Positions 1-9,906 of a stretch of 64,000 nucleotides of DNA are shown piece after piece. Position 1 is the stretch's first letter. Every line of letters starts with the position of its first letter. A program made the position numbers and the translations under genes. Location: NCBI GenBank assembly GCA_036281075.1, contig DASUPO010000091.1:251-64250 (forward strand). The letters are read 5' to 3'. A model generated the notes under the pieces. The model had not been told where the DNA came from and searched no databases. It saw nothing but the letters and a program-made list of their open reading frames with translations. This DNA comes from Actinomycetota bacterium (GTDB taxonomy: Bacteria; Actinomycetota; UBA4738; HRBIN12).

Positions 1-50
1 GGGGGCCGGCTGGTCCCTCAGCTCCTGAGCGATTGAGCTGGTGTCGTGGG

Positions 51-199
51 GAGGACCCCGCTCACCCTCTCGGGCGAATGTCGCCGAAGGCGGCGATATG
101 CAATCTGTCTTTTGCGCGCCATAGGCGCGCAACATCACCTGGCGCTGCGCCCGAGAGGGCGCGCGACTGAATTCGCCCGAGAGGGTGACCGGGGTCCTC
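51..199. repeat. 149-bp palindromic element: 29-nt terminal inverted repeats enclosing three short hairpins
   Basis: 51-59 gaggacccc pairs with 191-199 ggggtcctc, and 62-79 tcaccctctcgggcgaat pairs with 171-188 attcgcccgagagggtga (27 of 29 positions). Internal hairpins at 81-96 (loop aagg), 112-132 (loop ata) and 147-162 (loop gaga). The 12-mer cgcccgagaggg occurs at 148-159 and 174-185, and inverted at 65-76. Confidence 0.6.
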
Positions 200-227
200 C
201 GCGCTCCGCCACCTAGAATCGCCCGCC

Positions 228-1139
228 TTGGCCGAGACCGTCATAGCCGCCCGTGGCCTGCGCAAGAGCTACGGGGACAACGAAGCCGTGCGTGGCATCG
301 ACCTCGAAGTCAGCGCCGGCGAGATCTTCGCCTTCCTCGGGCCGAACGGGGCCGGCAAGACGACCACGGTCGAGATCCTCGAGGGGTACCGGGCCCGGAC
401 GGGCGGCGAGGTCTCGGTCCTCGGCCACGACCCGGCGGACCAGGACCCCGCGCTCAAGCGCCGGTTCGGGATCGTCCTGCAGTCGACGGGTGTCGACCCC
501 TACCTCACGGTGCGAGAGACGGTCGCGCTCTACGCGGGCTACTACCCGTCCCCCCGCGACGTCGACGAGGTGATCGACCTCGCCGGCCTCGCCGAGAAGC
601 GGACGACGCGCGTGAAGAAGCTCTCGGGCGGGCAGCAGCGACGCCTGGACGTCGCCGTCGCGCTCGCCGGCGATCCGGAGCTCCTGTTCCTCGACGAGCC
701 GACGACCGGGTTCGATCCGAACGCGAGACGCAACGCCTGGGGGATCGTGAAGAACCTCGCGGACATCGGGAAGACGATCTTCCTGACGACGCACTTCATG
801 GACGAGGCCCAGTACCTCGCCGACCGCGTCGCGGTGATCGCGAAGGGCGAGGTCGTCGCGGAGGGCACGCCCGGCACGATCGCCGGCCGCGACCGGATGC
901 AGACCCGGATCCGGTTCCGCCTTCCCGAAGGCAAGCGTCCGGCACTCGAGCTCACGGACGCCGTCGGGCACGCCGACGGCTCGTGGGAGGTCAGGACCGA
1001 CAACCCCACGAAGGTGGTCCACGACCTGACCGCCTGGGCCCTCGAGCGAGGACACACCTACGAGGTGCTCGAGGTCACGCAGCCGAGCCTCGAGGACGTG
1101 TACCTCGAGCTGACCGGCGGCGAGGAGGGGCACGAGTGA
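228..1139 (+). CDS. ABC transporter ATP-binding protein (ABC-2 / DrrA-like exporter subunit)
   Basis: Walker A FLGPNGAGKTTT, signature LSGGQQRRLDVAVAL, Walker B LLFLDEPTTGFD. TTG start lies 8 nt after a TAGAAT -10 box (214-219). Confidence 0.9.
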   Translation: MAETVIAARGLRKSYGDNEAVRGIDLEVSAGEIFAFLGPNGAGKTTTVEILEGYRARTGGEVSVLGHDPADQDPALKRRFGIVLQSTGVDPYLTVRETVALYAGYYPSPRDVDEVIDLAGLAEKRTTRVKKLSGGQQRRLDVAVALAGDPELLFLDEPTTGFDPNARRNAWGIVKNLADIGKTIFLTTHFMDEAQYLADRVAVIAKGEVVAEGTPGTIAGRDRMQTRIRFRLPEGKRPALELTDAVGHADGSWEVRTDNPTKVVHDLTAWALERGHTYEVLEVTQPSLEDVYLELTGGEEGHE

Positions 1140-1930
1140 GCGCCGTCGCCCAGAGCCTCAGGCAGCTCCGGTTCACGAACAAGGCGTTCTGGCGCAACCC
1201 GGCGTCCGCGTTCTTCACGTTCGCGTTCCCGCTGATGTTCCTCGTGATCTTCACCGCGTTGCTCGGGCAGGGCGAGCTGCGGTTCGGTCGGTTCGAGCTG
1301 GACACGACGACGTACTACGTGGGCGCGATGGCGGCGTTCGGCGTGATCTCGGCGTGCTTCACGAACATCGCGATCCAGACCACGTTCAGCAGGGACGAGG
1401 GCATCCTCAAGCGCCTCCGCGGCACACCGCTGCCGGCCGGGGCCTACATGAGCGCCCGTGTCCTCCACGCGATGGTCGTGGGCGCGATCCTCGTGGCGAT
1501 CACGCTGGTCTTCGGCAAGCTTGCGTACGACTCGCCGTTCCCCACGGGCGGTCCGCTCTTCGAGTTCACCGTCACGTTCCTGGTGGGATCGCTTTCGTTC
1601 GCGGCACTCGCCCTCGCGCTGACGGCGGTGATCCCGAACGCCGACGCCGCGCCCCCGATCGTGAACGCCGCGATCCTGCCGCTGCTGTTCCTGTCCGGCA
1701 TCTTCATCCCGCTGGACGACGAGGCGCCGGAGTGGATCACCACGGTGGCCGAGATCTTCCCCGTGAAGCACTTCGCCGATGCGATGCGCGCCGGCTTCCT
1801 CGGCAACATCGAGGTCGCGGGGCAGCGCGTGTTCGTCTTCGACTGGGTCGACGTCGCGATCGTGGCGGCGTGGGGACTCCTCGGCCTGATCCTCGCGGCC
1901 CGGTTCTTCAGCTGGGAGCCGCGCCGCTGA
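1136..1930 (+). CDS. ABC-2 type transporter permease
   Basis: GTG at 1136 overlaps the ATPase stop (GTGA). The product from VSAVAQSLRQLRF onward is hydrophobic with about six membrane segments. The upstream part of the 581-aa track ORF is only the alternate frame of the ATPase gene. Confidence 0.85.
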   Translation: MSAVAQSLRQLRFTNKAFWRNPASAFFTFAFPLMFLVIFTALLGQGELRFGRFELDTTTYYVGAMAAFGVISACFTNIAIQTTFSRDEGILKRLRGTPLPAGAYMSARVLHAMVVGAILVAITLVFGKLAYDSPFPTGGPLFEFTVTFLVGSLSFAALALALTAVIPNADAAPPIVNAAILPLLFLSGIFIPLDDEAPEWITTVAEIFPVKHFADAMRAGFLGNIEVAGQRVFVFDWVDVAIVAAWGLLGLILAARFFSWEPRR

Positions 1931-1976
1931 GGGGCTGTGCTAGGCTCCGCGCTTCCCGGAACTGAGGGGTGCGTCC

Positions 1977-2894
1977 GTGCGGAAGTGGTTCCTGATCGTC
2001 GCGACGCTGACGACGCTCGCGGCCGCGTGCGGGGACGACGCGACCCCACCGGCCGACGACGGCACGCCCACCGAGTCCCCCGCCGAGGGGCAGACCGCCG
2101 CGACGTGCGCGGAGGAGCACGCCGCCGACTTCTTCCAGCCGGACACGCTCACCGTCGGGACCGACGTCCCCGCGTTCCAGCCCTGGGTCGCAGGCACGGG
2201 GGAGCGGGGCCCCTGGGAAGGCGTTCCCGACGAGGGCACGGGCAACCCGTACAGCGGCGAGGGATACGAGTCGGCGGTCGCGTATGCGATCGCGGAGCAG
2301 CTGGGGTTCTCTGAGGACCAGGTCGAGTGGGTCGCCGTTCCGTTCAACAACGCCTACGCGCCCGGCCCCAAGGACTTCGACTTCGACATCAACCAGGTCT
2401 CGGTGACGCCGGAGCGCGAGCAGGGAGCGACGTTCAGCGACGGCTACTTCGACGTCAGCCAGGCCCTCGTCGCGAACGAGGGGACGCCCATCGCAGACGC
2501 GACGAGCGTCGCGGACCTCCAGCGGTACCGGCTCGGCGTCCAGATCGGGACGACGAGCCTCGACCTCGTGAACGAGGTGATCCAGCCCGAGCAGCAGCCG
2601 CGCGTGTTCGACCGGTCGGTCGACGTGATCCAGGCGTTGAACAACGGGCAGATCGACGGGTACGTGGTCGACGCGCCCACCGCGTACGTGAACGTCCTGA
2701 TCGGCCAGGCGGAGAACGGCGTCGTCGTCGGACAGTTCCCCGAGCAGGGGGAGCACTTCGGGCTCGTCTTCGAGCTCGACAACCCGCTCGTGGAGTGCGT
2801 GAACGTCGCGATCGCGGCGTTGGAAGACGACGGGACGCTGCAGAGTCTCGAGGACGAGTGGCTCGCGGATCTCACGTACCCGGTCCTGGAGTAA
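1977..2894 (+). CDS. Polar amino-acid ABC transporter substrate-binding lipoprotein (family 3 SBP)
   Basis: Signal peptide with lipobox-like LAAAC. SBP_bac_3-like core (DFDFDINQVSVTPEREQGATFSDGYF). RBS gagggg precedes the GTG start. Confidence 0.85.
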   Translation: MRKWFLIVATLTTLAAACGDDATPPADDGTPTESPAEGQTAATCAEEHAADFFQPDTLTVGTDVPAFQPWVAGTGERGPWEGVPDEGTGNPYSGEGYESAVAYAIAEQLGFSEDQVEWVAVPFNNAYAPGPKDFDFDINQVSVTPEREQGATFSDGYFDVSQALVANEGTPIADATSVADLQRYRLGVQIGTTSLDLVNEVIQPEQQPRVFDRSVDVIQALNNGQIDGYVVDAPTAYVNVLIGQAENGVVVGQFPEQGEHFGLVFELDNPLVECVNVAIAALEDDGTLQSLEDEWLADLTYPVLE

Positions 2895-2919
2895 GGAGCA
2901 CGGACGGGCGGCCCGGACC

Positions 2920-3807
2920 GTGAGCTCCACGCCACCGGGCGCGCCGCTCCCGCCGGAGCCCCTTCCGACCGGGGATCGGCGGTCGCGGATCCTGTGGGGC
3001 GGGACGCACGTCGAGGGCCGCCGGGCCGTCCTGATCGCGCTCGCGAGCACGGTCGTCTTCTTCACCGTCCTGATCGTCGTCGTGGTGAACTCGCCCGGGT
3101 GGGACGAGTTCAGCGCGAAGTTCCTGGACGGCGAGCAGTTCCTCGAGTCACTGCCGGGGATCCGGCGGGCGTTCCTCGTCAACATCCAGCTGTTCCTGAT
3201 CGCGGAGACGATCGTCTTGGTGCTCGCACTGATCGTCGCCGTGCTCCGGAGCCTGCCGGGCCCGGTCTTCTTCCCGATCCGGATCCTCACGGCGGCCTAC
3301 ACGGACCTGTTCCGAGGGATCCCGACGGTCCTCGTGATCTACACGCTCGGACTCGGGGCCCCGGCGCTGCAGATCCAGGGGATCCCGAAGTCACCGTTCT
3401 TCTGGGCGGTGGTCTCGCTCGTTCTCGTGTACACCGCGTACGTCGCCGAGGTCTACCGGGCGGGGATCGAGTCGGTCCACGAGAGCCAGGTCGCGGCGGC
3501 GCGCTCGCTCGGCCTCTCCCGCTGGCAATCGACGCGGTACGTCGTGCTGCCGCAGGCGATCCGGCGGATCGTGCCGCCGCTCCTGAACGACTTCCTCGGA
3601 CTCCAGAAGGACACGGCCCTCGTCGCGCTGATCGGCGTGATCGAGGCCTTCCGCCAGGCGCAGATCGACAGTTCGGCCACGTTCAACTACACGCCGTTCC
3701 TCGCGTGCGCCCTGTACTTCGTCCTGATCACGATCCCGCTGGCGCGACTGATCGATTGGCTCGTGGCCAGGGATCGGCGGCGTCGGCAGGCCGGGGCCGC
3801 CGCGTGA
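2920..3807 (+). CDS. Amino-acid ABC transporter permease
   Basis: His/Glu/Gln/Arg-type permease with EAA-like loop (ARSLGLSRWQSTRYVVLPQAIRRIVPPLLNDFLGLQKDTAL) and multiple TM segments. Confidence 0.85.
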   Translation: MSSTPPGAPLPPEPLPTGDRRSRILWGGTHVEGRRAVLIALASTVVFFTVLIVVVVNSPGWDEFSAKFLDGEQFLESLPGIRRAFLVNIQLFLIAETIVLVLALIVAVLRSLPGPVFFPIRILTAAYTDLFRGIPTVLVIYTLGLGAPALQIQGIPKSPFFWAVVSLVLVYTAYVAEVYRAGIESVHESQVAAARSLGLSRWQSTRYVVLPQAIRRIVPPLLNDFLGLQKDTALVALIGVIEAFRQAQIDSSATFNYTPFLACALYFVLITIPLARLIDWLVARDRRRRQAGAAA

Positions 3808-4550
3808 CCGAGGCTGTCCGGATCGAGGGGCTCCACAAATCCTTCGACTCGCTCGAGGTGCTGCGGGGGATCGACCTGACGGTCGACGATCACGAGGTCG
3901 TCGGGCTGATCGGCGCGAGCGGGTCGGGCAAGTCGACGCTGCTGCGCTGCCTCGACCTGCTCGAGGCGGTCGATCGAGGGCGGATCTGGATCGAGGGGGT
4001 CGAGATCACGGCCCCCGACGTGGACGTGGACGCGATCCGTCGCCGGATCGCGATCGTGTTCCAGTCGTTCAACCTGTTCCCGCACATGACCGTGGTCGAC
4101 AACGTGACGCTGGCGCCCCGGAAGGTGCTGGGTCTGTCCGACGACGCGGCGCGCGAGCGGGCCAGGGAGTTGCTCGACCGGTTCGGACTGGGGGACAAGC
4201 GGGACGACTATCCGGACCGGCTGTCGGGCGGCCAGCAACAGCGCGTGGCGATCGTGCGCGCGATGGCGATGGGCCCGGACCTGCTCCTGCTCGACGAGGT
4301 CACGAGCGCCCTCGATCCGGTGCTCGTCGCGGAGGTGCTCGACGTGATCCGGGAGCTCGCCGCGAGCGGCATCACGATGGTGATCGCGACGCACGAGATG
4401 GGTTTCGCCCGCGACGTCGCGCACCGCGTCGCGTTCCTGGACGAGGGGAGGCTCCTCGAGGTCGGCCCCCCGGAGCGGATCTTCTCGGCTCCCAGGGAGG
4501 AGGCCACCCGCCGGTTCCTCGACCGGATCATGGCCGCCGGTCGCATGTAG
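3804..4550 (+). CDS. Amino-acid ABC transporter ATP-binding protein
   Basis: GTG at 3804 overlaps the permease stop. Walker [15 protein letters not shown], signature [14 protein letters not shown], Walker [13 protein letters not shown]. Confidence 0.9.
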   Translation: MTEAVRIEGLHKSFDSLEVLRGIDLTVDDHEVVGLIGASGSGKSTLLRCLDLLEAVDRGRIWIEGVEITAPDVDVDAIRRRIAIVFQSFNLFPHMTVVDNVTLAPRKVLGLSDDAARERARELLDRFGLGDKRDDYPDRLSGGQQQRVAIVRAMAMGPDLLLLDEVTSALDPVLVAEVLDVIRELAASGITMVIATHEMGFARDVAHRVAFLDEGRLLEVGPPERIFSAPREEATRRFLDRIMAAGRM

Positions 4551-4552
4551 GG

Positions 4553-4575
4553 CTGTCGTCGAGCCGACTTACACT
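4553..4575 (+). promoter_or_regulatory. RecA-NDp-like (PafBC-type) promoter of uvrB
   Basis: cTGTCGtcg, then an 8-nt spacer (agccgact), then TACACT. The ATG at 4585 is 9 nt after the -10 box. Geometry matches the mycobacterial consensus tTGTCRgtg-8nt-TAnnnT. Confidence 0.45.
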
Positions 4576-4584
4576 GTCGGGCCC

Positions 4585-6609
4585 ATGCCCCCCTTCAAGA
4601 TCTCCTCCGAGTTCCGTCCGTCCGGCGACCAGCCGGCGGCGATCGATCGCCTCGTGGAGGGGGTCCAGGCGGGGGAGGAGCACGTCACGCTCCTGGGCGC
4701 GACGGGGACCGGCAAGACGTTCACGGTCGCCCACCTCGTCGAGCGGGTGCAGCGGCCGACGCTCGTGATCGCGCCCAACAAGTCGCTCGCGGCGCAGCTC
4801 GCCAACGAGTTCCGAGAGGTGTTCCCCGACAACGCCGTCGAGTACTTCGTCAGCTACTACGACTACTACCAGCCGGAGGCCTACGTCCCGCAGACCGACA
4901 CGTACATCGAGAAGGATTCCTCGATCAACGACGAGATCGAGCGGCTGCGCCACTCCGCCACCGCCGCCCTGCTCTCCCGGCGGGACGTCCTGATCGTGGC
5001 GAGCGTGTCGTGCATCTACGGCCTGGGATCGCCGGAGCAGTACGAGGGGCAGATCCTCCGGACCGTGCGCGGGACCGACCTGCCGCTCGAGTTCGCGCTC
5101 CAGCGACTGGTCGACATCCAGTACCAGCGCAACAACGCGACCCGGGCTCGAGGAACGTTCCGCGTCCAGGGCGACACTCTGGAGGTGTTCCCGAGCTACG
5201 AGCAGACGGGCTACCGGATCGAGTGGTGGGGGGAGACGATCGAGAAGATCAGCCGGTTCGATCCGCTGACGGGCGAGCTCCTGACCGACTCGATCACCGA
5301 TCTCACGACGTTCCCGGCGTCGCACTACGTCTCGAGCGAGGATCGCATGAAGGCAGCGATCGTCACGATCGAGGAGGAGCTGCAGGAGCGTCTCGCGGAC
5401 CTCGAGTCGCAGAACAAGCTGCTGGAGGCCGAGCGCCTGCGGATGCGCACCACGTACGACCTCGAGATGCTCCGCGAGGTCGGCTTCTGCTCCGGGATCG
5501 AGAACTACTCGCGCCACCTCGACGGTCGTCCGGCGGGGAGCGCGCCGTACACGCTCCTCGACTACTTCCCCGACGACTACCTCGTGGTGCTGGACGAGTC
5601 GCACGTCACCGTCCCGCAGCTCCACGGGATGTATGAGGGCGACATCTCGCGCAAGACGACGCTCGTCGAGTTCGGGTTCCGACTTCCCAGCGCGATCGAC
5701 AACCGGCCGCTCCGCTTCGAGGAGTTCCAGGAGCGCGTCGACCAGCTCGTGTACATGTCGGCGACGCCGGGCCCGTGGGAGCTGAAGGTCTCGAAGCGGA
5801 TCGTCGAGCAGATCGTCCGTCCGACCGGGCTGATCGACCCGGAGGTCGAGATCCGGCCCACGAAGGGCCAGGTCGACGACCTGATCGAGGAGATCCGCCG
5901 CCGCGCGGAAGCCGATCAGCGCGTCCTCGTGACGACGCTCACGAAGAAGATGGCCGAGGACCTCACGGACTACCTGATCGAGATGGGGATCCGGGTCCGC
6001 TACCTCCACTCCGAGGTCGACACGATCCAGCGGATCGAGATCGTGCGGGACCTCCGGCTGGGGGAGTTCGACGTGCTCGTGGGGATCAACCTGCTCCGGG
6101 AGGGGCTCGACCTCCCGGAGGTCTCGTTGGTCGCGATCCTCGACGCCGACAAGGAGGGCTTCCTCCGCTCTGAGACGTCCCTGATCCAGACGATTGGGCG
6201 CGCGGCCCGCAACGTCGACGGCACGGTCCTGATGTACGCGGACGAGGTCACCGACTCGATGAAGACCGCGATCAGCGAGACACAACGGCGGCGGATGATC
6301 CAGGAGGCGTACAACCAGGAGCACGGGATCGATCCGCAGACCGTGCGCCGGCGTGTCCACGACATCCTGCTCGCGATCGAGGAGGATCCGGCCAAGCGCG
6401 CGACGTCGCCCCGGAAGGAGCGACGGAGGCGCGCAGCGCGCCCCGAGATGCCGCAGGAGGAGCTGGAGCGTCTGCTGCTGGAGCTCGAGGAGGAGATGCA
6501 CCAGGCGGCCAAGGACCTCCGGTTCGAGTACGCCGCGCGGCTCCGGGACGAGGTCGTGGATCTGCGGAAGGAGCTCAAGGCGCTCCGCGCGGCCGGGGTC
6601 GGCGTGTGA
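4585..6609 (+). CDS. uvrB: Excinuclease ABC subunit B
   Basis: Walker [14 protein letters not shown] box (VLDESHVT), helicase C domain, C-terminal UVR domain ([13 protein letters not shown]). 674 aa. Confidence 0.97.
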   Translation: MPPFKISSEFRPSGDQPAAIDRLVEGVQAGEEHVTLLGATGTGKTFTVAHLVERVQRPTLVIAPNKSLAAQLANEFREVFPDNAVEYFVSYYDYYQPEAYVPQTDTYIEKDSSINDEIERLRHSATAALLSRRDVLIVASVSCIYGLGSPEQYEGQILRTVRGTDLPLEFALQRLVDIQYQRNNATRARGTFRVQGDTLEVFPSYEQTGYRIEWWGETIEKISRFDPLTGELLTDSITDLTTFPASHYVSSEDRMKAAIVTIEEELQERLADLESQNKLLEAERLRMRTTYDLEMLREVGFCSGIENYSRHLDGRPAGSAPYTLLDYFPDDYLVVLDESHVTVPQLHGMYEGDISRKTTLVEFGFRLPSAIDNRPLRFEEFQERVDQLVYMSATPGPWELKVSKRIVEQIVRPTGLIDPEVEIRPTKGQVDDLIEEIRRRAEADQRVLVTTLTKKMAEDLTDYLIEMGIRVRYLHSEVDTIQRIEIVRDLRLGEFDVLVGINLLREGLDLPEVSLVAILDADKEGFLRSETSLIQTIGRAARNVDGTVLMYADEVTDSMKTAISETQRRRMIQEAYNQEHGIDPQTVRRRVHDILLAIEEDPAKRATSPRKERRRRAARPEMPQEELERLLLELEEEMHQAAKDLRFEYAARLRDEVVDLRKELKALRAAGVGV

Positions 6610-7637
6610 ACCAGCTCCAGGTCCGGGCCTCCGCCGCGTGGCTGGGGCCGGGCCGCCTCGTGGAGGACGCCCGGATCGTCTGCGAGGGAGGTGCGATCGC
6701 CACCGCCGGCACGGCGACGACGATCGCCGGGTCCGACGACGAGCTGCGGATCGACGGCTTCCTGATGCCGGCGGTCGCCGACCGGCACGTCCACATCGGT
6801 CTGTCCTCACCTGCGGAGGTGCTCGCCGGCGGCGTCACGGCGGTCCGAGACCTCGCGTGGCCGCCCGACCTGATCTTCACGCTCGCCGACGCGTCGGAGC
6901 TGCCGTCGTTCGACGGGCCGTTGATCCGCGCGGCCGGCCCGATGCTGACGGCGCCCGGCGGCTACCCGACCGGCGAGTCCTGGGCGCCGCCGGGCACCGG
7001 GAGAGAGGTGAAGTCGCCCGAGGACGCCTCGGCCGCGGTCGAGGAGCTCGCCCGCCTCGGGGCGGCGGCGATCAAGGTCTCGCTGAACGCCGAGGCCGGC
7101 CCGACGCCCTCGGACGCGGAGCTCGCCGCGATCTGCGACGCCGCGCACGCGGCCGACCTTCCGGTGGCGGCGCACGCCCAAGGCAAGGGCGAGGTCGAGC
7201 GCGCGCTCGGTGCCGGTGTCGACGAGCTCGCGCACGCGCCGTGGACACGCCTCAGCGATCAGGTGATCCAGTCGGCGGCCTCGCGACTCCGGATCGTGTC
7301 GACCCTGGACATCCTGAGCTTCGGACGCGACACGCCGCAGATCCGGACGGCGCTCGACAACCTCCGAAGGTTCCACGTGGCCGGCGGGATGATCGCGTAC
7401 GGGACCGACCTCGGGAACGGAGAGATCCCTCCGGGGATCCACACGCGGGAGGCGCTGCTGATCCGCGAGGCGGGCCTCGGACCCGAGGAGGTCCTCGAGA
7501 CGATGATCCGCGCACCGCTCGAGCCCGATGCGCCGGCGGACCTCGTCATCCTCGGTGCCAGCCCGCTCGAGGAACTCACGGCCCTGGACGACGTTCGCAC
7601 GGTGATCCGGGCCGGCCGGATCGTCGCCGGCGCCTGA
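6606..7637 (+). CDS. Amidohydrolase-family metallohydrolase
   Basis: GTG start overlaps the uvrB stop. HxH metal motif (DRHVHIG) with later His/Asp ligand contexts (AAHAQG, ELAHA, YGTDLG). Confidence 0.75.
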   Translation: MNQLQVRASAAWLGPGRLVEDARIVCEGGAIATAGTATTIAGSDDELRIDGFLMPAVADRHVHIGLSSPAEVLAGGVTAVRDLAWPPDLIFTLADASELPSFDGPLIRAAGPMLTAPGGYPTGESWAPPGTGREVKSPEDASAAVEELARLGAAAIKVSLNAEAGPTPSDAELAAICDAAHAADLPVAAHAQGKGEVERALGAGVDELAHAPWTRLSDQVIQSAASRLRIVSTLDILSFGRDTPQIRTALDNLRRFHVAGGMIAYGTDLGNGEIPPGIHTREALLIREAGLGPEEVLETMIRAPLEPDAPADLVILGASPLEELTALDDVRTVIRAGRIVAGA

Positions 7638-7661
7638 CCCTCCCCGGCTCGGCGTGGCACG

Positions 7662-8756
7662 ATGGTCGGCGAGGGGGTGGTTCGGATGGTCCGGATGGAC
7701 ACGGTATGGCAGGGCGTCAGCCAGCAGGAGCTGGGGCAGGCGGCCCGGAACCACGCGATGCATCTCGAGGGGCTCCGGTACGACGTCACGCCACCGGGGA
7801 TGCACTACCTCGTGATCCACTTCGACATCCCCGCCGCGGACGAGGCCACGTGGACCGTCGATGTCGACGGGCTCGTCGACCGGCCGCTGACGCTCTCGAT
7901 CGACGACCTCCGCTCCCGACCGGCCGTCACGCGGCCGATCACGATGGAGTGCGCGGGCAACGGGCGGGCGCTGATGCCCCCGCGAGCCGAGAGCCAGCCG
8001 TGGCTCGACGGCGCGGTCGGGAACGCGGAATGGACGGGGACCCCGCTGCCGCCGATCCTCGAGGAGGCCGGCCTCGGAGCCGATGCCGTCGAGCTCCTCT
8101 TCACGGGCGCCGATCACGGGATCCAGGGCGAGGTCGAGCAGGACTACCAGTGGAGCTTCTCCCTCGACGACATCCTGCGCAACGACGTCCTCCTCGCGTA
8201 CGAGATGAACGGCCAACCGCTGCCACCGCAACACGGGTACCCGCTCCGGCTCGTGGTTCCCGACTGGTACGGGATGTGCAGCGTGAAGTGGCTCCGCCGG
8301 ATCACCGCGATCGCCGACGCCTTCGACGGGTTCCAGCTCGAGGCCTACCAGCTGCGACAGGATCCCGAGGGGCCGGGGACGCGGGTCACCAGGAAGGCGG
8401 TGCGGGCGCTGATGGTGCCGCCGGGCTTCTCGGACTTCCCGGGCAGGCAGCGGTACCTCGATGCGGGCCCGTGCGAGCTGATCGGCCGCGCCTGGTCCGG
8501 GTTCGGGCACGTCCTGCGGGTGGAGGTCAGCGTCGACGCCGGGAACACGTGGTCCGACGCGCGGCTCGGTCCCGAGCCGCCGTCCGCGTCCTCCTGGCGG
8601 GCGTGGTCCTTCGCGTGGGACGCGCGACCCGGCGAGCACGAGCTCCTCGTGCGCGCCAGCGACGAGGCCGGGAACACACAGCCGCTCGAGCCCCCCTGGA
8701 ACTACGGGGGCTTCATGAACAACATGGCGCAGCGGGTCCCGGTGACGGTCCGCTGA
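7662..8756 (+). CDS. Sulfite-oxidase-family molybdopterin oxidoreductase
   Basis: Moco cysteine motif ITMECAGNGR, a conserved Moco domain and a C-terminal Ig-like dimerisation domain. No signal peptide. An alternative ATG at 7686 follows a gaggggg RBS. Confidence 0.8.
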   Translation: MVGEGVVRMVRMDTVWQGVSQQELGQAARNHAMHLEGLRYDVTPPGMHYLVIHFDIPAADEATWTVDVDGLVDRPLTLSIDDLRSRPAVTRPITMECAGNGRALMPPRAESQPWLDGAVGNAEWTGTPLPPILEEAGLGADAVELLFTGADHGIQGEVEQDYQWSFSLDDILRNDVLLAYEMNGQPLPPQHGYPLRLVVPDWYGMCSVKWLRRITAIADAFDGFQLEAYQLRQDPEGPGTRVTRKAVRALMVPPGFSDFPGRQRYLDAGPCELIGRAWSGFGHVLRVEVSVDAGNTWSDARLGPEPPSASSWRAWSFAWDARPGEHELLVRASDEAGNTQPLEPPWNYGGFMNNMAQRVPVTVR

Positions 8757-8760
8757 TGAT

Positions 8761-9906
8761 CTAGAGGATCGCGCGCAGCTCCTCGAAGCAGCGGTCGACG
8801 TCCGCTTCCGTGTTGAAGAAGTGCGGGCTGATCCGGAGCCCGTCGCCGCGGAAGTCCGTGCACACGTCCCCGGCGAGTAGTCGGTGGCAGGTCTTCTCGG
8901 CCTCCGGCCCGACCTTCACGTTCACGACGCCGCCGCGCCCGTCGCGTTCGCGGGGCGTCCGTACCTCGAGGCCTGCCTCGTCCGCGCGCATGATCACGTG
9001 GTCCGTGAGCTCGCCCTGGCGCTGGTGGATCGCGGCCGGCCCGACCTCCGAGATGATGTCGATCCCTCCCTGGGCGAGGAAGAACACGGGCGCCGGCGGC
9101 GTCCCGTGCTCCAGCCGCCGCGCCGTCGGGTGATAGTCGAGACGTTCGAGGTCGAATCCGAACGGGTCGCGCGCGCCGAACCAGCCAGTCAGCGCCGGCT
9201 CCAGCGACGGGAGCAGCTCCCGCCGCGCGTAGAGGAAGACCATGCCTGGCCCGCCGAGCATCCACTTCAGGACGCCGGCCGTGTAGAGGTCGCAGCCCAG
9301 GTCCCGGAGGTCGAGCGGCAGGATCCCGAGGCCGTGGTAGTCGTCCACGAACGAGAGCGCCCCTCGTTCGCGGGCGAGCGCGCAGATCGCCTTCGCGTCC
9401 ACGATGGCGCTCGACCGGAACAGGACGCGGTTCACCATCACCAGGGCCGTTCGGTCGTCGATCGCGCGGTCGTACTCCTCGAGCGGGATCGTGATGCCGT
9501 CGGGGCTCCGCAACCATCGGACCTCGCCGCCCAGCTTCTTCGCCCACGCGAGCCAGACGTGCCCATCGGTGGGGAAGTCGAGCTCGGACAGGACCACGGT
9601 CCGTCGATCCCCGGAGAGGTCGAGGCACGAGGCGATCGTGGAGAGGGCGATCGAGATGTTCGTCGTCAGCGCGACCTCGTCGGGGTCGCAGTTCGCGAGC
9701 ACCGAGAACGACCGCTTCAGCGCCGCCATCCGCGGGAAGATGTCCTCGAACCAGACGTGATCCGGCGCGCCCTTCGCCGCCCACGCGTCCAGGTACTCGT
9801 CGAGCAGCGCCCGCGACCGCCGGGAGATCGGCCCGAGCGACGCGCTGATCAGGTAGGTCTTGCGTTCGAGGACCGGGAACTCGTCCCGCCACGCGGCGAG
9901 GTTCAC
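8761..9906 (-). CDS. Class V aminotransferase-fold PLP enzyme (cysteine desulfurase / kynureninase-like)
   Basis: From [14 protein letters not shown] onward, a fold-type I class V pattern with a PLP-lysine context YTAGVLKWMLGGPG. GTG at 9906 overlaps the stop of the upstream S9 peptidase gene. Confidence 0.8.
   Translation of the reverse strand: MNLAAWRDEFPVLERKTYLISASLGPISRRSRALLDEYLDAWAAKGAPDHVWFEDIFPRMAALKRSFSVLANCDPDEVALTTNISIALSTIASCLDLSGDRRTVVLSELDFPTDGHVWLAWAKKLGGEVRWLRSPDGITIPLEEYDRAIDDRTALVMVNRVLFRSSAIVDAKAICALARERGALSFVDDYHGLGILPLDLRDLGCDLYTAGVLKWMLGGPGMVFLYARRELLPSLEPALTGWFGARDPFGFDLERLDYHPTARRLEHGTPPAPVFFLAQGGIDIISEVGPAAIHQRQGELTDHVIMRADEAGLEVRTPRERDGRGGVVNVKVGPEAEKTCHRLLAGDVCTDFRGDGLRISPHFFNTEADVDRCFEELRAIL

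Noticed and set aside
185-1930. Track ORFs with long N-terminal extensions (185-1930, 2994-4550, 11430-14828, 17111-19357, 19439-21676, 21436-22449, 39002-42004, 51897-53156, 61127-62173, 62022-63146)
   Set aside because: The family-typical N-terminus starts at an internal GTG/ATG that usually overlaps the upstream gene's stop or follows a -10 box or RBS. The extension is simply an open alternate frame of the upstream gene.
4528-6810. 760-aa minus-strand ORF. Similar long shadow ORFs occur at 43097-45631, 45555-48458, 53153-54589, 54635-56599, 58332-59777 and 59774-61906.
   Set aside because: Each lies antisense to a confidently identified gene (uvrB, ABC-F, amidohydrolase/GcvT, mpa, dop, pafA, DUF3866-like/pafB). 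Each has the same Arg/Pro-rich composition with no motifs.
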